63,347 nucleotides of DNA, from assembly GCA_964554475.1 (NCBI GenBank), contig CAZKOT010000001.1, positions 1 to 63,347 of the forward strand, written 5' to 3'. A program made the position numbers and the translations under genes. This document shows positions 27,630 to 39,294 of this stretch, piece after piece. Source of the DNA: an uncultured Christensenella sp. (GTDB lineage Bacteria; Bacillota; Clostridia; Christensenellales; UBA1242). Within the stretch, counting starts at the first letter, position 1. Each line of letters begins with the position of its first letter. The notes beneath the pieces are model-generated. The model did not search any database. It was given only the letters and a program-made list of their open reading frames with translations, and had not been told where the DNA came from.

Positions 27630-30600
27630 TTATGGATAGAGTATGTAAGTACTTTCCCAAATTAAAACAGGATAGGTTCCGCCACTATTCCAAACATTTG
27701 AATAAAGTGCATTAAGTTCATTGAAAAGATTCACCGTTGAAATATCAATTGAATTAAAATTTCCAGGTGGATTATTTATAGGTGAAACACCTATAACAGA
27801 AATGTAATAATTATAAACTCCTGACGAAAGAGATGTTGCCCCCGATAATCCAACTAGCAGTCCCAAATATCGAGTTGTCAATCCTCCTGGACTTCCAAGA
27901 ATTGAATTACTTTCCGAAATTAAGGTTGTTGTGAACGAATTGTTAATTTTTCCACCATTTTGATTTGCTATATATCCAGAAATACCACCAATATATGCAT
28001 TACGAGCTGATGTTGCAGTATTTAAATATTCAACAATTAAACTACTAGCGATATTATAACAATTTCTTATTATACCTTCATTTCTTCCGGTAATTGCTCC
28101 AACATAAGTGTTTGAAGCAGTTCCAAGAGTAATTTTTGCCCTTAAATTACCTTTATTATAACATTCAACAATTTTTCCAATTAAGTTTTCTGAAGAAGAT
28201 GTTCCACCAAAATTAAATGCAGCAACTCCTCCAATATTTACTGTTTTTGCTCTTCCTGTAATATTTGCTAGATTTCCGCTTTTTCGAATTGTTCCTGTAT
28301 AGGTTGTTTCACCCTCAGTTATTTGATTGTTTGCGTAAGCAATTCCGCCGATTGTCAATTCTGAACTTGTTATATCAGTATCATTAAAATCCAAAGTTGC
28401 GAGGTTCACACAAAGTTCAATAATTCCATAATTGTTGCATGCAATTCCACCATAGTAGTAATATATTCCAGCAGTAGTTGCTGAAGAGAATGAAACATTC
28501 TTGATTTGACAGTATGAAATTAAACCAAAATTTTCATTTACTAGTGATGAAAACCTGAGCGAATTAACATCAGTAGAGGAAATATTTCCGTGAGAAATAT
28601 TGGCAATTATATTAAGATTTTTAATAATACCATTAGCATTTAATCTAACAAACAAACCAATATTTGTTGCTTTAATTGATGTTGTGTTTGTAAAACTCCA
28701 ACTTATAGTCTTATTATCTCCGTCATAAATTCCACCAAATGTCGAAATCATTACATCAACAAGAGTTAAGTTTGCAGTTTGTTTAAAATTAAACACTTTT
28801 TCTATTTCTTCAACTATTCCATCACCGTCATTATCTTTTATTAAATATGTTGGCTTTGTCGGTCTGTAAATCATGTTTGCAAACTGCACTGAAGTTGCAA
28901 TGTTATAAGGATTTGATTCTGTTCCTTCCCCACTTTCAAACAAATTAAAATTAATCAAAGTAAATTCGTGATCAACTCCCTCAATTGTCAAAACAAAACT
29001 AGAATGATTGATTAGTCCATTTTCACTTACAGAATTAAAGAAATATTTAAACTCAGAAGCAATGCTTCCATCTGGTGTGATTGCACAAACCTTAATTCTA
29101 TGAAGACCAATCAATTCGGGCATAAATTCCATTACTGTTGAGGTATATGTTCTTGTTGATAAAACATTAAATGTTTCAGTGCTCTCGTTCCATGAAACAA
29201 TTTCATCAACTATTCTAAAAGTCCCAGAACCAGAATGTGTCCATGCAATTTTTCTTGAACTTGAGAAATAGGAAAAATCTTCAATTGCAACTGGTGGAGT
29301 AACATCATATCTCACACTGTAATCTGACATTAAAACATTATTTGAATCTGTAATTGGTATTACACAAATTTTGAAATATAAGGTCCCCGCACTAATTAAT
29401 GATTGAATACCCGGAGTAATTGGATCAGTATCAAACATACTTTCAATTTGACCATAATAATAAGAAGGAATTGAAGATTCATATTGTCCAAGTATTGCAA
29501 TTTCTGCATATGTTTCACCATCATAACTATACTTAAACAAGTAATCATATCCAGTAACCCCGACTACATTACCCGTAAATCTCCATTTAATAATGAATCC
29601 ACCATCAGGAGATGGATCAGACAAGTATTCAACACTATCGATTTCAGTAAGTTTTTTGAAATTACCACCCAAAGTTTCATTTGAATTAATATGTTCTTCC
29701 CCACCTAACGCTTTGATTTTTACCTCATAATCAACGTTAACTCCTAAACTTTCAAATTTAATAATATCATCCCCTGTTAATTGTGAAGGATTAAATTCAT
29801 TTGTTAAAGTTGTAAAAGTAACAACTTGAGGCAATCTTGTGAATGTTAACAAATATGAAGTACTTTGAGTGACCTCATTCCATCTAATAACTCCATTATC
29901 AATTCTAACATTAGAAACTTGTTGCAGTTTTGTAAATTCGGCATGTGAAGCTTCTAAAGTTTTTCCAATTAAATATTTGTAAATTTTTCCATCAGTGTGC
30001 TCAAACTCACCATTTGAGTATGGTTGAATAGAAACATCATAATCACCCGCAAGATAAGCTTGAAACATTTCAATAAACTCGGGCGGAGGAGATGGATTTT
30101 CAACGCTTAACCATTGACCAATGAAATCATAAAGAACGAACGTATCTCCCAACCAAGCGAAAGTGGAATATTCTTCGTAATGGAAAGGATTGTAAATATG
30201 AGTGCCGAAAAACGAAATTTTATATCCTGTAACGTTGCTTCCACCCAAATCAGTAACATTTCTCCAAACCAGATTTCCCTCATGAACTCCAATACTTGCT
30301 ACGGAATTAAGCATAACTGCATTAATACCATCCATATAACTCGAAATTGCATAAATAGGAGATCCTCCAAAAGAACTGGTTGTTGTTCCAATGGTTCGGA
30401 AATTGTAATTGTTATAACCTGGAGTAATAGATTCATAAATAGAGGTAAGACCCACTTCACCATATGGTAAATCAAACACTAATAACTGTGTTGAAGTTTG
30501 AACATAAACAAGATAACCACTGTTGTTTAAGACATTCGCCCATTCAAATCTTCCATGAACAATGTCAACGGATGGCGAATCAAGTTTACTTATTTCTCCT

Positions 30601-33600
30601 AAATCTGTTACTTTTCCTGATATTACATTTGTTCCGTTACCAATAGCTTGAATAGATAATTCATAGATAATTATATTTGTTTCACCATCTCTTGTTTCAA
30701 GCGGAAGAAAATCCCAACTGCTACCTGTGTGCAAAGCTTCATAAGTATCAATACCTGGTGATTGAGGCACTGCAATAATATTATAACCTGTTGCAAGTCC
30801 ACTAGAACTATATCCAAGAACTCCTCCATCCATGTTTGCATTAACGGTTGGTAATACAGTTATGTTTACTGCGGTTGATGGGTAACCATGAATTGTCATA
30901 TTACTATCACCACTGACAAAAACATATAATCTGTATTGTCCTGCAGGTAAAATGTCTGCATTTACTAGGTCTACCAAATTTACACTTCTATTATCATTGT
31001 CTCTTGTTGCAATTTGAAAACGATTTCCATTTGCAATATTTTCTGCAAGGACAGTGTAGTCAAATTTATCAGTTGTTGAATAATGATATCCTGCTTTAAT
31101 AGGATAGGTTGACTCGCTCCATGACAATACATAATTATCAATACTAACCGAAGTCGGCGCTGAAGGAATGTAAACGTTAATTCCCAAGTTATATCTTGAA
31201 TTGAGCCAATTATAATCATCTCCATTTTGCTTTACAGAAATTGTATAAAATCCCGAAGGAACATTTGTAAGTTCATTTGTAAACCAATTCATAACTGGCC
31301 AACCAAATTCAAAATCTTCACTTAATCCCAAATAACCTCTAATAACTTCCCAATCTTCAGGACTTGCATCCACCATATTAGGTCTAAAGAAATTTGCAGC
31401 AGGAACAGTGTAATAATTAAACCCCGTTCCCCCCTCATTTTGTAATCTTAATATAATAGTATTATTGTCAAGTTCATCTGGCCAAGGATTGTAATTAAAA
31501 GGTAAATTCGATGGAATAAAACGATAAGGGGTTGTCGAACTGAATTCATAATCCCAATTAGCATCACTCCATAAGAGTGTTCCATTTTGCACAATTAAAT
31601 TTTGAGGAGCGGACAATTTAACTACGGGTGCTAAAAATCCAATATTATACGACTCAAAACAGCCCAAACCACTCGGTGCAATTTTTAAGGAATCATTTGT
31701 GCAAACTGCACGCACACCCAAAAAGTAATACAAGTTTTCATTTAATTCTCCAAAATAATCTGGCAATTCCCAACTCCACGAAGCATTTTGCATTGAATCA
31801 AGAAGTGTCGGGGGAGTTGAAATAAATGTAAGATATGTGATTTCATCTTCATATCCCCATTCACCTTCGCCAATTTCGATTAATTGTGGTTGTCTATAAT
31901 AAATATAATAACCGTTTGCTCCACTTACATTATCCCAATAAAGATAACCATTTTCAACATAAACCGGAACTTCTGAAAGTTTGGTAAAATTATAATTAAT
32001 TGAATATGCTGAAGAAATGAAATAATAACCGCCAACTTCAGGTTCGCTTTTTCCGTCAATACGAACTTTAAATGTATAAGTTCCACTTTGATAGTATAAA
32101 TCATTCAAACTATCATTATATTCATCACTATTCATTTCCAAATAACTATCTAAAAAATTTAAATGATTGTAGTTATAAATATACGCAAACCCACCTTCAT
32201 AATGTAAACAGCTCATTGTAATGCTATAAGTTCTGTCTGCCACTGCTTGCCACGAAACTGTAAATTGATTTTTTGAACTTTCATTCCAATCAAAAGTAAA
32301 ATCATTAGATGAATCATTTGGATTTGGAGTCAATCTTATATTTAGAGTGCTTGAAGATAAATCTGAATTTAATAAATTACTTGATGCAGAAGAAGTTGCC
32401 ATAATTGCAAAAGTATAATCCACATCATTTTGAAGTTGTTGTGCTCCGCTATAAAAAGCACTACTTAATCCAATAAAATATCCCGAATCAAGCCGTGATT
32501 CGTCAAGGTTATAATTACGATTAAGAAGGGTTTCTTTTGCAATAAAATTAGTTGTCCAATCATCATCTATGAAAACTTTAAATTCACCATTTAAAATTGA
32601 AATTTCGGTTGGTGCAATAAGTTTATGTGCTGTGTAATTTAAATCTTGATAAGAGTAACTTCCGCCAGGCAGAGAAGTATAACTCATCCTATAGCGTGAA
32701 TCCAAAATAATGTTTTCACTTTTAATGATTCCTGCTTCCAAATTACCACTACATTTCAAATTAGCAACAATATCTCCCGAAATACCTGTAAGAAGATTGT
32801 TTTTTGTTGTTGGTGAAGCAATTTGAATATAATTTAATTCGGTTTGAAGAACTCTTAAAAGATATCCTTGGCAATCAACATCATCAGTACTATTCCATGT
32901 TAAAACACCATTCAAAGCATAAATATTATTAACTGGTGCTAGTCTTTTACCCGAAATTTGAGTAATTTTTGAATCTAAAAATCCATTCATAGAAACTTTT
33001 ATTGTGATTGTAAAAATTCCTGTAGGAATGTAAAAATTTAAATCTTCTGTTATAGGGTAAATTAGTTTTCCAGCAACTGGAGACAATTCATTATTTTGGT
33101 AACTTGTTCCTGCAACGGAAAGAGTGTAAATAGCATTTATTGGATTACTTTCAATGTCGGCCTGCAATGAAATACTTTGTTCATCATTGTTTGCTTTTAA
33201 AAATCCGTCAAAAGTAAGAGCATTTAATTTGGTGCGAGTTGGTGCAGAAGTTGCCGAATTAATTGCATTTAAAGTACCATTATAAAAAGCAAACACTTCA
33301 AAGATATATGTCCCTCCAACTACTTCAACTCCTTGATATGTCCAAATGTCAGGAAATTCCCATACCTGATTTGAGTTTAAAATAACTGGGACTTCTGTAA
33401 CATCTAAAATAACAGTATCAATTCCATCTGTATGTTTAACCGTTAAAGAAAATTGAGCATTACTGTTAACAATGCTTTCGTCAATGGTTAAATATGTGCC
33501 AAAAATATCAATTGAAGGTGCATCTAATTTTTGTTTTGCAATAACACTACTTGCTCCTGAAAAATAATACCTTCCATTAATTTGAGTGTCTCTATCCCCA

Positions 33601-36600
33601 AACGGTAAAACATAAAAATCAATTATTCCAGAAAAAGTAATATCTGCAAAAATTTCGCTTGTGAAATCATTATAAATATTTGAAGTGAAAACAGGAGTTG
33701 TAGGGGAATATCCCGATTTATGATAATAAGCATAATAACCCAAGTCAACTGATGCTGTAGTGCCAGCCCAACTGAAAACAGCAAGTTGATTAACTGCCAA
33801 ATTTGTAATGGAAGGAAGTCTTTGAATAATTATTTCTTCCGAAAAATCCGAATTATAATAATTCTCGGCATTTGCCATTACTCTAACATTAAAAATTCCA
33901 TTTGGAGCATTTTCAAAAATTAAATCTTCAGTGCTAAATGAATTTGTGTAGGTAATTGCAAAAGGTGTTTCAAAATTATTAATATAAACATTATATTTTT
34001 CTGCACCGCTCACCAAATCCCATGAAATTGTAACTTCAAGCTGCTCAACTGTGTCTTCTGCTTCAGCAATAACATTTAAAACCTGTGCTAATTTTATTAA
34101 GTTAGTTATAGTGGAAAATTGAGAAGATAGAAAACCTGTATAAGGATTTGTTAAAGTCAATTCTTCCACAACTATTGCACGAATTCTAACTTCATATATT
34201 CCTGCGTCTGAAATAAAATTTGCAATCGAGGTATGGAAAATGGAAATTGAAGTAACAGGGGTTCCTGCTTCAAAAGCATTAACAACAATTGAAATATTTT
34301 CCTCACTCGAATTCTCAATAATAATTTCGTAACGGTTAGCATTTGCAGTTTGCACCCAACTTATAACATCATTATCTATTAAAGGTGCATTCATTGTTGT
34401 AATTCTGTCAAGATTAAAAGAATTAACAGCACTATTTAAGTAATAAACATCCCCGCCTTCTAATCTACCCGCTCCAATTAACCTAGTTGCGATTGATTCA
34501 CCCGTTGTCGTGACAAAAGAAATTGAATAAGAGGATGAATTATTTATATTTGCGACTGTTTCTTCATTACCCGTCCCTTCATTGAAAATAACACTTGAAA
34601 CTTCATTTGTTAAATTATAAATTGAAAAAATTTCACTATCAAAAACAGTTACTTCGGTAACAGCGGGCAATCTCGTCAGTGTAAAAATTGTAATTTCGGA
34701 AGGAATAAAATTTGAATTGACAGCATAAAGAGTTAAAACGTAATTACGCACGGCAAGTGTATTTGAAAAAAGCGCATTAGTATTTATTATAAATTCTTCA
34801 GGAGCACCGTCAACAGAAACAAAAAAACCCGTGGCGCTTTGAACAGCTCCCCATGAAACAGTTACCGATGTTTGATTTAAAGTTAATTCTGGAGTTACAT
34901 TTGTAATAAGTGGGGTCTCAAGTTTAGTAACTTCAAGAGCATTCGAAAACAATGAAGAAATAAAACTTGCGTTCTCTGTATTAACTGTAACATCTTCAAT
35001 AACGCTTTTTACTGAAAAACTAAAATTCTCGTCTAACTCAGCAAAGACAGCAGGATAATCATTTAAATCTAATGAGTTAGTACTAGAAATTAACGTTTGA
35101 GAATAAGTAAGACCTTTTGTAATAATAACTTCATAATACTCTGCATCCGCATTTTCATTCCAACTCAAAATAAAATCTGTAAAGCTTAAATTATTTGGTG
35201 TTGAAAGTCTATTAATAGTGAATGTAGCTGTTGCACTGTCCAAATAATAAGGTGAAGAAATTGTTTCCAAAGCAACAAAATTAATAACAATTTCATTTGT
35301 TACACTAAATTCAAATGTAGAAAAGTTGATTTGAACTCCTTCCACAGTAGCATAGATTTGCTCTGCTGAAAGTTTTGTTAAAAGTGAAGGGTCAATCACC
35401 ATTGTAATTTCTTCGTTTTCTGAAATTAAAATTGAAGTTGGGGAGATTAATTTTTCAACTGTTATTTCTGTTGGTAATGACTTGAAAAGATTTCCAACTC
35501 CACCATCATCAGCGCTATCATTTAGCGAAAGAGCAATGGCATTAAAGAAATAAATTCCAACATTTAAAACAATGTCCGAAACATTGTGCATTCTATCAGT
35601 TCCTGTTAATCTAACAAGTCGTTCCGATAATTCCAGTACTCCATCATCGTTATAATCGCAATAAATATCGTAAGCTTCAGCATTTACAATGGTTGAAACA
35701 GTTAAATTTCCATTTTCTCTATTAAAAGTCAAAGTGGGTGAAGCGAGAGTTGAAAAAACCCTATAAACAATGGAAGAAGAAAAATCAATTGCATTTAAAA
35801 TCGTATTATTGTCGCCCATTGCTTTTACTGAGAAAATATAATCCCCAAATGGTAAATTTGCAAAAGTATATTGCAAATTTTCAGTTGTTCCGTTAATGTA
35901 AAATTCACCATCTCTCGTTAATTCAAAATTATATGTAACTGCATTTTCAATTTCGTTCCAATTCCATGTAACGTTTTCACCGTTAACCATATGAGTTGGA
36001 GCGGAAGAAATATTTGCAAGTCTTATAATAGTAATTTCTGTTGGCAAAGAATCAATTAAATTTCCGCCCGCGTCAAAATTATCATCTGTTGAAACCGCAA
36101 CTGCAGAAAAAACAAAACTTCCTGAAACATCAACAATATGCGAAACATCACAAACTCCCCCATTTTGCAAAAGAACAACGGGTTCGCCAAGTGCATCAAG
36201 TAAAACATCACCATCATATAAAAGAATATATTCATCTGCATTTTGAATTGAATTTCCAAATGGTATAACTGTTAGTTGCTCGGTTTCATTATCAAAAGTT
36301 AAAACGGGTGAATCTAATTGTGTAAAAATTCTAAAAGAAACAGAACCAAAATCCATTGAATCCAAATAATTTTGATTATTGCCTATTGCCTTTATAAAAA
36401 ATTCGTAATCCCCAAAAGTAAAATCATCAAGTGAATAAGTAGAATATGTAGTTGTTCCGTTCCTAAAGGGACCTGGATTCTCGTCCTTGTAAATTTCAAA
36501 ACTATAATTAACTGCTCCAGTGATCCCATCCCAAGTTATCGTTTCATCAATTAAAGGAGTAATATATGTTGTATCACTCAACGGTGTAATATTTGCAAGT

Positions 36601-38309
36601 CTAACAACATTATAATTTGCAGGTTCTGCTGAAAGTAAATAATAACCTTCTTTTAATTCTAGTTCTTCGTCATATTCAAATTCATCATCAAAAGGAGAAA
36701 CACTTATTATATAGGGTTCGTCACCACTTTTTGCAATAGGAAAAAGACTGTTAGTTGAGCCTAATGTTAAAGTAATTGTTGTCGTACCACTTTGAGTTGA
36801 AGCAATATTTTCACCGTCAATTGTAACAGTATAACCCAAAGCACCTTCTGAACGTATAAAATTTAATGAACTAATGCCTCCACTTGTATTATGTAATAAA
36901 CCTGAAATATTACCTAATTGTTTAATATTTAAAATATTTGAAAAATCACTTGCAACCTCAAATTCTTGTGTGGGCATTTGTCTTGAAAAAACCTCAAAAA
37001 TTCCTGCGCTTTGTTCAAATGTGTAAAAATCTTCCGGTTGAAGAAAAGAATCTCCCATGGGCAAAACAACCACTGAAGTTACGGTATTTCTAATAAGTAT
37101 TTGTGTGTTTGATAATGTTGTTGAAACAGACTTTGTTAGCGGAGAAAATGAAATCGTGGGCGGAGCAAGTTTAACAACAGTTATTTGATTTGAATCTGCA
37201 CTATCAAGGGAAATAATATCCTCTGTTACTGCACCAATTGCTTTAATAGTAATAAGATTATTCCCAATTTCCCATTCTTCAAAATTATCATGAGAAACAG
37301 TTAATTTATCAATAGTTCTAGTCCCCAAACTATCAGTTATTGTTAAAACATATTTTGAAATTAAAGATGCCTGTGAATAGTCCCATGAGATTCTATCATT
37401 TGAAAAAGAAATTTCTGGAGCAACTAGTCGTGTAAGGTTAACAGTTTCAGTTGCACTTGTGTAAACAATATCTTCAATTGTTAAGACGGCATTAACACTA
37501 ATTGAATAATCATCAACAGATGACATATCATCAGGAATAATGAAATTACTATCGCTTGTTTGATAATTACTACTTGTTTGAGGAACAGTTAATTTATTAA
37601 AAACAATATTATATAAAACTCCCTCAACCCCAACTTCAGTCCAAGAGAGCGTTGAGGTGCTGGGACTAAAATTTAAATTTGTAGGCGTAGGAACCACTGC
37701 AAAAGAAAAAATGGCAGGTTCAGAATTATTATAACCCTCTCTTTTTGCAATAACAGTAGCAGAATAAATTCCACTGGCAAGAGGAATTTTTTCTTTTATA
37801 TTAACATTATTCGTAAAAACATTTTCAGATTCAAATTGTAAAACATCATTTTGAAATATTTGAATATTATAAGAAGTTGCAAAAATCGTAGGCGAAATTG
37901 AGGTAGCATTCCAACTAAGATAGCTTGTTTCACTATTATATGTAAAACCAGTAACTGAGTTAAATTGTTCAAGATGTCTCTCTACTGTAACGGTGAAATA
38001 TGCATAACTTTTTCCAACATTTGCTTCAATAAGTGCTATTCCTTCATTGACAGCAAAAAGGGTAAAAGTATTAGGGTCAACATAAGCGATGTTTTGGTTA
38101 TTTGATTTAAATTTAACTTGCTGAACTATAGCTCCTCCAGAAGCAATCAACAAAGGTTTAATATCAATCGTGTCACCTTCTTGCATAACAGTATTTTCTT
38201 CTAAAAATTCAACTTTGTAATTTTGAGTAACATCTTCTCCACATGCAGAAAACAAGCCCATCGAAAACAAGCACACAAACAATAAAATAAATTTTTTGAT
38301 TTTTTTCAA
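27630..38309 (-). CDS. Giant surface lipoprotein (3,559 aa) with an N-terminal Big_2-like domain, long FN3-like/Ig-like arrays and a C-terminal GLUG-motif beta-helix region
   Basis: The start is TTG. The lipobox is 'LFSAC' at residues 19-23. 'VTQNYKVEFLEENTVMQEGDTIDIKP...NIAYVD' is Big_2-like. Recurrent 'LSW..V.GA..Y.V' FN3-like units follow. The C-terminal 'NIGGVAAFNFG...GGIAYANNQ...VGAITGRNEGIIRNCYN' shows GLUG/right-handed beta-helix periodicity. Confidence 0.7.
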   Translation of the reverse strand: MKKIKKFILLFVCLFSMGLFSACGEDVTQNYKVEFLEENTVMQEGDTIDIKPLLIASGGAIVQQVKFKSNNQNIAYVDPNTFTLFAVNEGIALIEANVGKSYAYFTVTVERHLEQFNSVTGFTYNSETSYLSWNATSISPTIFATSYNIQIFQNDVLQFESENVFTNNVNIKEKIPLASGIYSATVIAKREGYNNSEPAIFSFAVVPTPTNLNFSPSTSTLSWTEVGVEGVLYNIVFNKLTVPQTSSNYQTSDSNFIIPDDMSSVDDYSISVNAVLTIEDIVYTSATETVNLTRLVAPEISFSNDRISWDYSQASLISKYVLTITDSLGTRTIDKLTVSHDNFEEWEIGNNLITIKAIGAVTEDIISLDSADSNQITVVKLAPPTISFSPLTKSVSTTLSNTQILIRNTVTSVVVLPMGDSFLQPEDFYTFEQSAGIFEVFSRQMPTQEFEVASDFSNILNIKQLGNISGLLHNTSGGISSLNFIRSEGALGYTVTIDGENIASTQSGTTTITLTLGSTNSLFPIAKSGDEPYIISVSPFDDEFEYDEELELKEGYYLLSAEPANYNVVRLANITPLSDTTYITPLIDETITWDGITGAVNYSFEIYKDENPGPFRNGTTTYSTYSLDDFTFGDYEFFIKAIGNNQNYLDSMDFGSVSFRIFTQLDSPVLTFDNETEQLTVIPFGNSIQNADEYILLYDGDVLLDALGEPVVLLQNGGVCDVSHIVDVSGSFVFSAVAVSTDDNFDAGGNLIDSLPTEITIIRLANISSAPTHMVNGENVTWNWNEIENAVTYNFELTRDGEFYINGTTENLQYTFANLPFGDYIFSVKAMGDNNTILNAIDFSSSIVYRVFSTLASPTLTFNRENGNLTVSTIVNAEAYDIYCDYNDDGVLELSERLVRLTGTDRMHNVSDIVLNVGIYFFNAIALSLNDSADDGGVGNLFKSLPTEITVEKLISPTSILISENEEITMVIDPSLLTKLSAEQIYATVEGVQINFSTFEFSVTNEIVINFVALETISSPYYLDSATATFTINRLSTPNNLSFTDFILSWNENADAEYYEVIITKGLTYSQTLISSTNSLDLNDYPAVFAELDENFSFSVKSVIEDVTVNTENASFISSLFSNALEVTKLETPLITNVTPELTLNQTSVTVSWGAVQSATGFFVSVDGAPEEFIINTNALFSNTLAVRNYVLTLYAVNSNFIPSEITIFTLTRLPAVTEVTVFDSEIFSIYNLTNEVSSVIFNEGTGNEETVANINNSSSYSISFVTTTGESIATRLIGAGRLEGGDVYYLNSAVNSFNLDRITTMNAPLIDNDVISWVQTANANRYEIIIENSSEENISIVVNAFEAGTPVTSISIFHTSIANFISDAGIYEVRIRAIVVEELTLTNPYTGFLSSQFSTITNLIKLAQVLNVIAEAEDTVEQLEVTISWDLVSGAEKYNVYINNFETPFAITYTNSFSTEDLIFENAPNGIFNVRVMANAENYYNSDFSEEIIIQRLPSITNLAVNQLAVFSWAGTTASVDLGYYAYYHKSGYSPTTPVFTSNIYNDFTSEIFADITFSGIIDFYVLPFGDRDTQINGRYYFSGASSVIAKQKLDAPSIDIFGTYLTIDESIVNSNAQFSLTVKHTDGIDTVILDVTEVPVILNSNQVWEFPDIWTYQGVEVVGGTYIFEVFAFYNGTLNAINSATSAPTRTKLNALTFDGFLKANNDEQSISLQADIESNPINAIYTLSVAGTSYQNNELSPVAGKLIYPITEDLNFYIPTGIFTITIKVSMNGFLDSKITQISGKRLAPVNNIYALNGVLTWNSTDDVDCQGYLLRVLQTELNYIQIASPTTKNNLLTGISGDIVANLKCSGNLEAGIIKSENIILDSRYRMSYTSLPGGSYSYQDLNYTAHKLIAPTEISILNGEFKVFIDDDWTTNFIAKETLLNRNYNLDESRLDSGYFIGLSSAFYSGAQQLQNDVDYTFAIMATSSASSNLLNSDLSSSTLNIRLTPNPNDSSNDFTFDWNESSKNQFTVSWQAVADRTYSITMSCLHYEGGFAYIYNYNHLNFLDSYLEMNSDEYNDSLNDLYYQSGTYTFKVRIDGKSEPEVGGYYFISSAYSINYNFTKLSEVPVYVENGYLYWDNVSGANGYYIYYRQPQLIEIGEGEWGYEDEITYLTFISTPPTLLDSMQNASWSWELPDYFGELNENLYYFLGVRAVCTNDSLKIAPSGLGCFESYNIGFLAPVVKLSAPQNLIVQNGTLLWSDANWDYEFSSTTPYRFIPSNLPFNYNPWPDELDNNTIILRLQNEGGTGFNYYTVPAANFFRPNMVDASPEDWEVIRGYLGLSEDFEFGWPVMNWFTNELTNVPSGFYTISVKQNGDDYNWLNSRYNLGINVYIPSAPTSVSIDNYVLSWSESTYPIKAGYHYSTTDKFDYTVLAENIANGNRFQIATRDNDNRSVNLVDLVNADILPAGQYRLYVFVSGDSNMTIHGYPSTAVNITVLPTVNANMDGGVLGYSSSGLATGYNIIAVPQSPGIDTYEALHTGSSWDFLPLETRDGETNIIIYELSIQAIGNGTNVISGKVTDLGEISKLDSPSVDIVHGRFEWANVLNNSGYLVYVQTSTQLLVFDLPYGEVGLTSIYESITPGYNNYNFRTIGTTTSSFGGSPIYAISSYMDGINAVMLNSVASIGVHEGNLVWRNVTDLGGSNVTGYKISFFGTHIYNPFHYEEYSTFAWLGDTFVLYDFIGQWLSVENPSPPPEFIEMFQAYLAGDYDVSIQPYSNGEFEHTDGKIYKYLIGKTLEASHAEFTKLQQVSNVRIDNGVIRWNEVTQSTSYLLTFTRLPQVVTFTTLTNEFNPSQLTGDDIIKFESLGVNVDYEVKIKALGGEEHINSNETLGGNFKKLTEIDSVEYLSDPSPDGGFIIKWRFTGNVVGVTGYDYLFKYSYDGETYAEIAILGQYESSIPSYYYGQIESMFDTDPITPGIQSLISAGTLYFKICVIPITDSNNVLMSDYSVRYDVTPPVAIEDFSYFSSSRKIAWTHSGSGTFRIVDEIVSWNESTETFNVLSTRTYTSTVMEFMPELIGLHRIKVCAITPDGSIASEFKYFFNSVSENGLINHSSFVLTIEGVDHEFTLINFNLFESGEGTESNPYNIATSVQFANMIYRPTKPTYLIKDNDGDGIVEEIEKVFNFKQTANLTLVDVMISTFGGIYDGDNKTISWSFTNTTSIKATNIGLFVRLNANGIIKNLNIIANISHGNISSTDVNSLRFSSLVNENFGLISYCQIKNVSFSSATTAGIYYYYGGIACNNYGIIELCVNLATLDFNDTDITSSELTIGGIAYANNQITEGETTYTGTIRKSGNLANITGRAKTVNIGGVAAFNFGGTSSSENLIGKIVECYNKGNLRAKITLGTASNTYVGAITGRNEGIIRNCYNIASSLIVEYLNTATSARNAYIGGISGYIANQNGGKINNSFTTTLISESNSILGSPGGLTTRYLGLLVGLSGATSLSSGVYNYYISVIGVSPINNPPGNFNSIDISTVNLFNELNALYSNVWNSGGTYPVLIWESTYILYP

Positions 38310-38538
38310 TGCTTTCCTCTTTAGATTAACATTCCATTACTCTATTTTAGTATAACTATTTGAAAATTTTTAAAACTGAAAATATAAACTAATCTCATTT
38401 GTAACGTAAAATTCTTTTTTTCCTTTTCTTTCCAATTAAAACAGGAGGTCAAAATCTAAAATAGTTTTCGAAGGTCTAACCAAAGCGCTCAATTAGTCAG
38501 TTATAAATCTTAATTATTTAATCCATGTCCATTTTAAT

Positions 38539-39285
38539 TTACTTCACACGAATGATTTTTGAAAAACTTTCTGGATTCAAACTAGCACCTCCAATTAGTC
38601 CTCCATTAACACCTTCCGCTTTCAAAACTATTTTTACATTTTCGGGTTTAACACTACCGCCATAAAGTATAGCAACCTCTTTTGCAGCTTTTTCTGAAAA
38701 ATTTTGAGTAATTACTTCTCTAATAAATTTTGCGACTTCTTCGATTTGTTCTTTTGTTGGAATTTTTCCCGTTCCAATTGCCCAAATAGGCTCATAAGCA
38801 ATGACAATGTTATTAAGTTCATTTTCATAAAGTCCACTTAAGCCCTGTTCAATTTGTTGTTTTAAAACAATTTTTGTTTTATCACTTTCTCTTTCAGCCA
38901 AACTTTCACCAATGCAAAAAATTACCCCAAGTCCATTCTTGAGAAGTTGTTTTATTTTTGCATTAACACTTTGATTACTTTCCCCAAAATATTTTCTTCT
39001 TTCACTATGCCCAACCAAAACAAGTTCGCATGAAAGATCTTTAAGCATATTTGCGCTAATTTCACCCGTAAACTCACCACTATCTTTTTCGTGAACATTT
39101 TGAGCACCTAATAAAATTTTTGTACCTTTAAGCATTTTTCTTGCAAGGGGTATGTTTGTAAAAGGAAAGCAAATTGCAATTTTATTATTTGCTTCTTCCA
39201 CAAGAGGAATAAGAGTATTTAAATATTTTTTTGTCTCTTCCTCGGTAAAATTCATTTTTAAATTTCCAATAATAAATTTTTTCAT
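38539..39285 (-). CDS. tpiA: Triose-phosphate isomerase
   Basis: 248 aa. It has 'IIGNLKMNFT', 'VLVGHSERR', 'AYEPIWAIGTGK' and 'ILYGGSV', all canonical TIM motifs. Confidence 0.92.
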   Translation of the reverse strand: MKKFIIGNLKMNFTEEETKKYLNTLIPLVEEANNKIAICFPFTNIPLARKMLKGTKILLGAQNVHEKDSGEFTGEISANMLKDLSCELVLVGHSERRKYFGESNQSVNAKIKQLLKNGLGVIFCIGESLAERESDKTKIVLKQQIEQGLSGLYENELNNIVIAYEPIWAIGTGKIPTKEQIEEVAKFIREVITQNFSEKAAKEVAILYGGSVKPENVKIVLKAEGVNGGLIGGASLNPESFSKIIRVK

Positions 39286-39294
39286 ATTTATCTC

